DNA of 64,000 bases. Origin: Candidatus Fimenecus sp. (GTDB lineage: Bacteria > Bacillota > Clostridia > Oscillospirales > Acutalibacteraceae). Numbering within the stretch: position 1 is the first letter of the stretch; each line of letters begins with the position of its first letter. Below are positions 28,594 through 36,277 of the stretch, one piece after another. The translations under genes and the position numbers were made by a program. Location: assembly GCA_045602655.1 (NCBI GenBank), contig JAZSBY010000014.1:2384-66383 (forward strand), written 5' to 3'. The notes under the pieces were generated by a model. That model was not told where the DNA came from, searched no databases, and worked only from the letters and a program-made list of their open reading frames with translations.

Positions 28594-29250
28594 TTATTTA
28601 CCTGCTAATTCAGCTCTTGCGAGTTTGATATTTTCTACAAAGCGTTTACCTGTTTCTGTAATCTTCTTGTAGTCCCCTGTTTTTGCACCTGCTGTAAGTG
28701 ATGAACCTGCACCAACCGCAACGGCACCTGCTTTAATCCATTCACCAACATTATCAGCATCAACACCGCCTGTTGGCATCATTTTAGCATAAGGAATTGG
28801 TCCCTTGATGTCCTTGATAATCTTTGGTCCAAAAAGGTCTGCAGGAAAAACCTTAAGAATATCTGCACCATTTTCCATAGCAAGCAAGCCTTCACGAACT
28901 GTCATTATACCGGGCATCATTGGAACTCTGTAACGGTTGCAAAGTTTAAGTGTTTCAAGGTCAAGAGCAGGGCTAACAATATACTCTGCACCTGAAAGCA
29001 TAGCAATTCTTGCAGTTGCTGCATCAAGAACTGTACCTGCACCAAGAATAATTTCTTCAGGAGTATATCTCTTTGCAAGTTCTTCAATAACTTTGTCTGC
29101 GTGTGGGACTGTGAATGTAAGTTCAATAGCTGCTACTCCACCTTCGATACAAGCATCAGTAATTCTGATAGCCTGGTCAACTGTTTCTGCACGAACAACT
29201 GCTACGATACCGCAGTCCTGAATTCGGGTAATGATTTTTTCTTTATCCAT
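28594..29250 (-). CDS. eda: KDPG / 4-hydroxy-2-oxoglutarate aldolase
   Basis: 218 aa with the Eda pattern (IVAVVR, IELTF, GAGTVL, KVFPA). Confidence 0.85.
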   Translation of the reverse strand: MDKEKIITRIQDCGIVAVVRAETVDQAIRITDACIEGGVAAIELTFTVPHADKVIEELAKRYTPEEIILGAGTVLDAATARIAMLSGAEYIVSPALDLETLKLCNRYRVPMMPGIMTVREGLLAMENGADILKVFPADLFGPKIIKDIKGPIPYAKMMPTGGVDADNVGEWIKAGAVAVGAGSSLTAGAKTGDYKKITETGKRFVENIKLARAELAGK

Positions 29251-29299
29251 AATTACATCTCCAAACGGGAATATATTTTTTATTTAAAGATAGATTTAT

Positions 29300-29378
29300 T
29301 CTTTCGCAAGACAATGTGACAAAGGCGAAGTTGTATCAGGTATACCACGAGCCGAAAGCCACGAAGTATTGCGGAAAA
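29300..29378. repeat. 79-nt intercistronic repeat, copy B
   Basis: Same length and orientation as copy A. GGTATACC at 29339-29346. Its closing stem carries a compensatory change relative to copy A. Confidence 0.7.
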
Positions 29379-29383
29379 AGAAA

Positions 29384-30481
29384 CTATCTCTGTACTCTTG
29401 CACCTGAGCCTTTGACAATATTTTCAACCTCTTTAAGTGATGCCATTGATGTATCACCCGGAGTTGTCATTGCAAGTGCACCGTGTGCAACACCGTAGTT
29501 AACTGCTGTTTGTGCATCCTCTGTTGTCATAAGGCCATAAATAAGACCTGATGCGAATGAGTCGCCACCACCAACACGGTCAAGAATTTCAAGACCCGGA
29601 AGTTCGAGTCCTTTATAAACCTTACCGTCTGCATAGCAGATTGCTGACCAGTCGTATACTGTTGCAGTTTTAACTGTACGAAGAGTGGTTGCTATAACCT
29701 TAAAGTTAGGATATACCTTAACAACATTTTCAAGCATCTTGTAGTAGCCTTCAATATTGAGTTCTTTAAGATTTTCGTCGTTACCTTCGATTTCAAAGCC
29801 AAGACAGGCTGTGAAATCTTCTTCGTTACCAATCATAACATCGATATACTTTGCGATTTCTTTGTTAACTTCCTGTGCTTTTGCTTTACCACCTATATCA
29901 TTCCAGAGAGATGGACGATAATTAAGGTCATAAGACACGATTGTGCCGTATTTCTTCGCAGTTTTAACTGCTTCAATAGCAACCTCTGCAGTTGACTCTG
30001 AAAGTGCAGCAAAAATACCGCCTGTATGAAGCCAACGAACACCGAGTGTGCCGAAAATGTAATCCCAATCAATGTCCCCTGCTTTAAGTTGAGAAATTGC
30101 TGTATTTCCACGGTCAGAAACACCAACAGCACCACGGATGCCAAATCCACGCTCTGTAAAGTTAAGACCATTTCGAACTTGTCTGCCGATACCGTCATAT
30201 TTAACCCATTTGATGAGTGATGTATCAACGCCACCCTGCAAAATGAAATCTTCGATAAGGCGACCAACTTCGTTATCTGCAAATGCAGTTACAACTGCAG
30301 TTTTCATACCGAAACAACGACGAAGTCCACGAGCAACATTATATTCTCCGCCGCCTTCCCAAGCACGGAATGAACGAGCAGTTTTAATTCTGCCTTCACC
30401 CGGGTCAAGACGAAGCATAATTTCACCAAGTGAAATCATATCAAACATACAATCTTCTTTTTTTCTAAGATTCAAGTTCAT
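29384..30481 (-). CDS. kdgK: 2-dehydro-3-deoxygluconokinase-type PfkB sugar kinase
   Basis: PfkB motifs (GGGEYNVA, GGGDSFASG) next to eda and uxuA. Strong RBS ggagg before 30481. Confidence 0.75.
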   Translation of the reverse strand: MNLNLRKKEDCMFDMISLGEIMLRLDPGEGRIKTARSFRAWEGGGEYNVARGLRRCFGMKTAVVTAFADNEVGRLIEDFILQGGVDTSLIKWVKYDGIGRQVRNGLNFTERGFGIRGAVGVSDRGNTAISQLKAGDIDWDYIFGTLGVRWLHTGGIFAALSESTAEVAIEAVKTAKKYGTIVSYDLNYRPSLWNDIGGKAKAQEVNKEIAKYIDVMIGNEEDFTACLGFEIEGNDENLKELNIEGYYKMLENVVKVYPNFKVIATTLRTVKTATVYDWSAICYADGKVYKGLELPGLEILDRVGGGDSFASGLIYGLMTTEDAQTAVNYGVAHGALAMTTPGDTSMASLKEVENIVKGSGARVQR

Positions 30482-30523
30482 ATATATACCTCCAAATTAC
30501 TATAACGGGAAAATAACCACCAA

Positions 30524-31372
30524 TTATACACCTGAATATGCGGAGAAACCACCGTCAACACAGATGCTTGTACCTGTGATAAAGCTTGAATATGCCTCAT
30601 CACAAAGGAAAAGAAGTGCACCTGAAAGTTCGTTTGCCTCACCAAATCTCTTCATTGGAGTTGCGTTGAGAATTTTCTTTGTTCTCTCTGTTGGAGTGCC
30701 ATCTTCATTCCAGAGAAGTGTTTTATTCTGGTTTGTTGAGAAGAATCCCGGTGCAATTGCATTTACGCGGATACCCACATCTGCAAAATGGACTGCCATA
30801 AACTCTGTGAAATTCTTAACCGCCGCTTTTGCTGCTGAATATGCGGGAATTTTTGTAAGTGGACGGTAAGCATTCATTGATGTTACCATAATGATACAGG
30901 TATTTTCCTTTTCTGCCATATCACGGGCAAAAACCTGAGTTGGAATAAGAGTGCCAAGGAAATTAAGGTTGAAAACGAATGAAATTCCGTTTGCAACAAG
31001 GTCAAAGAATGTTTTAATATCGTCATTCTTTTCTATAAGGTCAATCTTTTCAAGAGTTTCCTTTGTTGTTGTACCCTTTGGATTGTTACCACCTGCACCA
31101 TTGAGAAGAATATCGCAAGTACCAAGTTTTTCATTGATAATTGCACGGGCATTTTCCATACTCTCTTTTTCAAGAACATTACAACCAACTGCAATAGCAA
31201 CGCCACCGTCTGCAACGATTTCGTCTGCTACTTTTTGTGCAGCTGCCTCATTAAGGTCAAGAACTGCAACTTTAACACCCTGTTTTGCAAGTGTTTTTGC
31301 GAAGTCACCGCAAAGGACACCGCCACCACCAGTTACTACTGCTACTCTGCCTTTTAAGTTTTCGTGTAACAT
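30524..31372 (-). CDS. SDR-family oxidoreductase (fructuronate/mannonate reductase-like)
   Basis: The cofactor motif VTGGGGVLCG and position beside uxuA resemble the Bacillus uxuA-yjmF arrangement. Substrate is inferred from context. Confidence 0.6.
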   Translation of the reverse strand: MLHENLKGRVAVVTGGGGVLCGDFAKTLAKQGVKVAVLDLNEAAAQKVADEIVADGGVAIAVGCNVLEKESMENARAIINEKLGTCDILLNGAGGNNPKGTTTKETLEKIDLIEKNDDIKTFFDLVANGISFVFNLNFLGTLIPTQVFARDMAEKENTCIIMVTSMNAYRPLTKIPAYSAAKAAVKNFTEFMAVHFADVGIRVNAIAPGFFSTNQNKTLLWNEDGTPTERTKKILNATPMKRFGEANELSGALLFLCDEAYSSFITGTSICVDGGFSAYSGV

Positions 31373-31373
31373 A

Positions 31374-32420
31374 TTACTTACTTCCTTTCTCAACTGCTTC
31401 AAACAAGCCGTTTATATATGTTGCACCAAGTGCTCTGTCGAAAAGACCATAACCCGGTTTTCCTGTTTCGCCCCAAATCATTCTACCGTGGTCAGGACGA
31501 ACATAACCGTCAAAACCTGTATCTACAAGCGCCTTAACTACCTCATACATATCAAGGCTACCACAATCTGAAATATGTCCGCTTTCTTCAAAGCTTCCGT
31601 CTTCCATAATCAAAATATTTCTGATGTGCATAAATGCAATTCGGTTCATTGCACTGTATTTTCTAATCATTTTTACCACATCATTTGACGCAGCACAACC
31701 TAATGAACCGGTGCAAAGACAAAGACTGTTTGCCTCACTATCAACAAGTTTTAACATTCTGTCAATATTCTCTTCGCAAGTGATAATTCTTGGAATACCA
31801 AAAATCGGATATGGCGGGTCATCTGGATGAATTGCCATCTTAACGCCACACTCTTCGGCAACAGGAATAACCTTTTTAAGGAACTTTTCAAGATTTTTCC
31901 AAAGTCCCTCTTCACCTAGTTCACCATAAGCTGAAATTAGTTCTCTAACTTCCTCCTGACTATAGCTTGAGTCCCAACCCGGAAGATGAATGTCATCCTT
32001 GAGCGGGTCAAGACCTTTCATCTGTTCCCAATACATAACAAGACTTGTAGAGCCATCCTCTGCCTCTTTATCAAGTTGTGTACGAGTCCAGTCAAAAACA
32101 GGCATAAAGTTATATGTTACACATTTAACACCATATTTTGCACAACGACGGATGTTTTCACAATAAACCTCTAAAAGCTCATCCACATTATCTCTGCCAA
32201 GCTTAATATTTTCGTGCACGGGAATTGACTCAACAACATCAAAAATAAGACCATTCTCTTCGCACTGTTTTACCATTTTCGCTATCGACTCTTCCGGCCA
32301 AACCTCACCCGGTTTTACATCATAAACAGCACTAACTATGCTTTTCATATTTGGAATTTGGCGAATATATTGCAACGAGATAGGGTCGCTTTCTCCATAC
32401 CAACGGAATGACATTTTCAT
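31374..32420 (-). CDS. uxuA: Mannonate dehydratase
   Basis: N-terminus MKMSFRWYGESDPISLQYIRQIP is typical of UxuA. Start at 32420 follows RBS gggagg. Confidence 0.9.
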   Translation of the reverse strand: MKMSFRWYGESDPISLQYIRQIPNMKSIVSAVYDVKPGEVWPEESIAKMVKQCEENGLIFDVVESIPVHENIKLGRDNVDELLEVYCENIRRCAKYGVKCVTYNFMPVFDWTRTQLDKEAEDGSTSLVMYWEQMKGLDPLKDDIHLPGWDSSYSQEEVRELISAYGELGEEGLWKNLEKFLKKVIPVAEECGVKMAIHPDDPPYPIFGIPRIITCEENIDRMLKLVDSEANSLCLCTGSLGCAASNDVVKMIRKYSAMNRIAFMHIRNILIMEDGSFEESGHISDCGSLDMYEVVKALVDTGFDGYVRPDHGRMIWGETGKPGYGLFDRALGATYINGLFEAVEKGSK

Positions 32421-32510
32421 AAGTTTTACCTCCCTATGTTTTCTGTTTATTATTTTATCATTGAAAAAATTCAGATTCAATGTAATATTTATAGTTATTT
32501 AGGTAAATTT

Positions 32511-33233
32511 TTATTGCTCATCAGTAAAGTTTGAGTCGTCTTCCCAATAGGCAACATCATAGGGGTCTTTGTCAGGGTCATAAACATCCCAGAGTTCATG
32601 TTCAAAATTCTCCGGCTGTGCAGGACATTCAGCTATTGCCTCAACCTTCATTCCCCTTGACCAGATTGATGGGTCAATACGGATTGTATATCCGCAACAA
32701 GATGGAGTCAACCACTCGTGCATTGGTGCTTCGGGGAGTGCGTAAGTCTGCATAAGTGACATAATCACACCACCGTGAGTAATAACTGCAGTATTTTTAA
32801 CACCTGCCTTGATTACGCCGTCAACGATTTTTTCAAAGCAGTCACAAATTCTGTAATTGAATCTTACCTGACTGTCGCCGAAGGGTGCTGCCTTATTTGG
32901 GTTTGTACCGGAAAGCCACTCTGCAAAATCTTCGTCATCCTGTAACTCTTCTGCAGTTTTACCCTCAAATTCGCCAAAGTCATATTCCCTTAAATCATCA
33001 AGAATAATCGGGTTTCTCTCAGGATAAATTGTCTGTGCAGTCTGTATACATCTTTTTAACGGACTGCAAAAAACTGCATCAACCTCAGGGTATTCCCCAT
33101 AGTTTTCCATTATATCTTTAAGCTGTGCCATACCCTCTTCGCAGACAGGCTCGTCCGTATGTCCTATATATCTGCCCTCAAGGTTTCCTTTTGTTACCGC
33201 GTGGCGTATTAAGTGAATTTGGTAGGTTTTCAT
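32511..33233 (-). CDS. Histidine phosphatase (phosphoglycerate mutase) family protein
   Basis: RHG motif region IHLIRHAVTKGN and a later ITHGGVI. Confidence 0.8.
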   Translation of the reverse strand: MKTYQIHLIRHAVTKGNLEGRYIGHTDEPVCEEGMAQLKDIMENYGEYPEVDAVFCSPLKRCIQTAQTIYPERNPIILDDLREYDFGEFEGKTAEELQDDEDFAEWLSGTNPNKAAPFGDSQVRFNYRICDCFEKIVDGVIKAGVKNTAVITHGGVIMSLMQTYALPEAPMHEWLTPSCCGYTIRIDPSIWSRGMKVEAIAECPAQPENFEHELWDVYDPDKDPYDVAYWEDDSNFTDEQ

Positions 33234-33327
33234 ACTTTATCTCCTGAAAATTTGTAACATCGTACAATATACAAAATGTTTAATCTGTTGTATAATTCTT
33301 ATACTTTGAGTATAAGAGGTAATCGAA

Positions 33328-33951
33328 ATGAGTACATCCGTTTCCACAAGACTTGTAGAATTACGCAAGGAAAGAAATCTAAGCCAAAAAGAAGCTGCAA
33401 CCGCACTCGGTGTTTCCCAAGCACTTTTATCCCATTACGAAAAAGGAATCAGAGAATGTGGACTTGATTTTCTTTGCCGTGCATCAACTTTTTATGATGT
33501 AAGTACTGACTACCTTTTAGGTATGACGGATACAAAAATGATGTCCGATGCACTGTTCGCAGAGTACGAGATTCCACAGGATAAGGAAATGAGGATGAGT
33601 ACCGTTTTCCGTTCCTCTGTTTATCTTATGGAACGACTTGGTGTCTATGGCAGAAACCATTCCTCAAAAATCAGGACTATCTATGTTCTCATTATTTATA
33701 AAATCTATCTTACTGCCCTTCTAAACGGTGCTGTTCCCGGCCATGAACTTGCACGAAAAGAATTATCATCCTACTTTACAACAACCGCTATTGATAATAT
33801 TATTGAATCCCTTGTGTTTAACGATGATGCAAAGCCTAAACGAAATGAACAGTTGCCAACTACAATGGATACTGTTATTCGCGAAGCAACCAAGGTTATT
33901 GACAGAGAAATCGCCCGTGCTTATAAATATACAAACAAAACGCTAAAGTAA
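33328..33951 (+). CDS. XRE-family regulator with a 140-aa C-terminal extension
   Basis: HTH LSQKEAATALGVSQALLSHYEKG. Divergent from the hexuronate operon. Its stop overlaps the rsmI stop by 9 nt. Confidence 0.75.
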   Translation: MSTSVSTRLVELRKERNLSQKEAATALGVSQALLSHYEKGIRECGLDFLCRASTFYDVSTDYLLGMTDTKMMSDALFAEYEIPQDKEMRMSTVFRSSVYLMERLGVYGRNHSSKIRTIYVLIIYKIYLTALLNGAVPGHELARKELSSYFTTTAIDNIIESLVFNDDAKPKRNEQLPTTMDTVIREATKVIDREIARAYKYTNKTLK

Positions 33952-34767
33952 TTCTTTGTAAATAAAACTCTTTTTGATGCCTGTGTCAGCAGCTACAGTT
34001 TTTGATGCCTCGTTGACACTCACACCTTTGCTGACAAGTTTTTTTGCTAATTCCACAGCCTGTTCCAATGTGACGGGCTGTTTTTCTTTTTGCTTTTCTG
34101 CCCCTGCGATTATAAGCACATATTCCCCTCTCGGGTTCTCAACTTCAAAATAATCCATCGCACCCTTAAGGCTTGTCCTCATTACCGTTTCGTGAATTTT
34201 TGTAAGTTCTTTTACAATGGCGATTTCGCGGTCACCGAAATACGAGTACATATCCTTTAAAGTTGCTTTTAATTTATGTGGTGCCTCGTAGAAAATCATT
34301 GTTCTTGTTTCATTCCTGATTTCTTCAAGGTGCTCTTTACGACTGGGCTTGTTTGTACTTAAAAAGCCCTCAAAGGTAAATCTTCCGCTTTCCATTCCGC
34401 TGATTGCAAGTGCTGTTGCAAAGGCAGTTGGTCCGGGTACAGACTCAACGGGAATATTATTTTCGTGACAAAGGTACACAAGGTCCTGTCCTGGGTCAGA
34501 AATACAGGGCATCCCTGCATCAGTTACTATTGCACAAACTTCACCATTCAGAATTCGAGAAATAATCATTTCCCCTCTTTCCCGACGATTATGCTCATAA
34601 TAACTTACAAGTGGCTTTTTTATATCAAAGTAATTAAGCAATTTCTGTGTAACTCTTGTATCTTCTGCTGCTATAAAGTCAACAGATGCAAGTGTTTCTT
34701 TTGCCCTTGGAGAAAAATCGGACAAATTACCGATAGGTGTTCCTACTACATATAGTTTTCCACTCAT
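33943..34767 (-). CDS. rsmI: 16S rRNA (cytidine1402-2'-O)-methyltransferase
   Basis: N-terminus GKLYVVGTPIGNLSDFSPRA and the AEDTR motif. Confidence 0.9.
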   Translation of the reverse strand: MSGKLYVVGTPIGNLSDFSPRAKETLASVDFIAAEDTRVTQKLLNYFDIKKPLVSYYEHNRRERGEMIISRILNGEVCAIVTDAGMPCISDPGQDLVYLCHENNIPVESVPGPTAFATALAISGMESGRFTFEGFLSTNKPSRKEHLEEIRNETRTMIFYEAPHKLKATLKDMYSYFGDREIAIVKELTKIHETVMRTSLKGAMDYFEVENPRGEYVLIIAGAEKQKEKQPVTLEQAVELAKKLVSKGVSVNEASKTVAADTGIKKSFIYKELL

Positions 34768-34788
34768 AACTGTCCGACTTCCTTCCTT

Positions 34789-35532
34789 TTATTTTCTATA
34801 TTTTTCTGTAATTTCAAGCAACTCATCTGAAAGAGTTCCGTCATCGTTATACGCTACAAGATTTTTTTCAACCCTTAATCCGTTTTTTGCTCCTCGTTTT
34901 CCCTCAATAAGGACTAACCAAGGCTGAGTGTCACCTTTTTTCGACACAAAACGGAGAGTTTTTGGCTCAATACCATTTTCTCTCATTGAGTACATCGCAT
35001 CAAATACTCTTTCGGGACGGTGGCAGATACAAAGTTTGCCTCCGAATCTCAAAAGTCGTGCTGCACTTTTTGCAATATCATTCATATTACAAAGAGATTC
35101 GTGACGAGCAATAGTTGCATATTCCTCGTCATTTTTTATTCCGCCATTCTCTATTTTATATGGCGGATTCATTGTTACTAAATCAAAACTGCCTGATTTC
35201 AGGTCATCAATTTCCTTCAAATCTCTGTTAAGGATTGTGATTTTGTCCGTATCATTCAAGTCTTTTGAACGAAGCATCTGATTGCAGGCATTCTCCTGGA
35301 TTTCAATGGCTGTAATTTCCTTGCACTTTCCGTCACGAAGCCAGAGAAACGGAATTATACCACATCCTGAACCAAAATCACAAGCAACATCATTTCTTTT
35401 TGGGCTTGCAAAATGTGCTAAAAGCATTGCATCCGTGCCGAATGTGTGTTGTTTTGAAACTACAACACCTACACCCTCACCCAAATCTTCAATATGTTCT
35501 CCATCAAAAAGTGTGATTTTATCAGTCAACAT
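34789..35532 (-). CDS. N6-adenine-type SAM methyltransferase (TrmN6/YabB-like)
   Basis: CDFGSGCGIIP SAM motif and the VTMNPPY catalytic motif. Position upstream of rsmI matches the Bacillus yabB-rsmI arrangement. Confidence 0.7.
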   Translation of the reverse strand: MLTDKITLFDGEHIEDLGEGVGVVVSKQHTFGTDAMLLAHFASPKRNDVACDFGSGCGIIPFLWLRDGKCKEITAIEIQENACNQMLRSKDLNDTDKITILNRDLKEIDDLKSGSFDLVTMNPPYKIENGGIKNDEEYATIARHESLCNMNDIAKSAARLLRFGGKLCICHRPERVFDAMYSMRENGIEPKTLRFVSKKGDTQPWLVLIEGKRGAKNGLRVEKNLVAYNDDGTLSDELLEITEKYRK

Positions 35533-36256
35533 AAATATCCTCTACATCGCTCATACTTCTTATTGTTGTTGTCATAAGAGCAAGTGAATCGTCATTTTTA
35601 GGGAAAACAAGCACCTTAATAACAGATGTATCCTTACGACGCTTGAATTTTAAATCTTTTGTTTCAGTATACACAACCTCCATGGAATGGATTGTGCCAC
35701 CACATTGTTTGATTGTCTTTGTAATAAGTGGAATCTGTGCACCCACATCGTGAATCTCAATAAAGAGAAGTTTACCCGCTGAACCGCGAACAATAAATCT
35801 CTTAAGTGAGTTAAGTGTTAAATAAATAACTATAGTTGCAACAAAAGCACCTGCATAGAAGCCTGCACCAACAGCAATACCGATACACGCAACCGCCCAA
35901 AGAGATGCAGCCGTTGTAAGTCCTTTAACGGAAAAGCCCTCACGAAGAATTGTACCTGCACCAAGGAAACCGATACCGCTAAGAACCTGTGCACTCATTC
36001 GGGTTACATCCCCGGTCATTCCCTGACTGTCAAAAATGTAAACAGATGTAAGCATTACAAGTGCGGAACCGACAGCCACAAGAATGTGAGTTCTGAAGCC
36101 CGCTGGACGATGAGAATGTTCTCTTTCAAACCCAATAAAACCGCTTAAAATGGTTGTTATTCCCAATTTTATTAACGCATCAATAGTAAATCTTACTTGG
36201 TCAAACTCCCAAATCCACGAAGCAGCATTCTTGATGAGTTCAACAACCTCCGTCAT
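35522..36256 (-). CDS. mgtC: MgtC/SapB family membrane protein
   Basis: The GFEREHSHRPAGFRTHILV motif, hydrophobic helices, and a soluble C-terminal domain. Confidence 0.85.
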   Translation of the reverse strand: MTEVVELIKNAASWIWEFDQVRFTIDALIKLGITTILSGFIGFEREHSHRPAGFRTHILVAVGSALVMLTSVYIFDSQGMTGDVTRMSAQVLSGIGFLGAGTILREGFSVKGLTTAASLWAVACIGIAVGAGFYAGAFVATIVIYLTLNSLKRFIVRGSAGKLLFIEIHDVGAQIPLITKTIKQCGGTIHSMEVVYTETKDLKFKRRKDTSVIKVLVFPKNDDSLALMTTTIRSMSDVEDIYVD

Positions 36257-36277
36257 ACAGTTCGCCTCCTAATAAAG

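Noticed and set aside
30138-30869. 243-aa + strand ORF spanning the kdgK/SDR junction (also 30951-31571 and 29893-30282)
   Set aside because: It is antisense or out of frame to genes with clear family motifs and RBSs. The composition is Ser/Pro/Arg-rich, typical of shadow frames.
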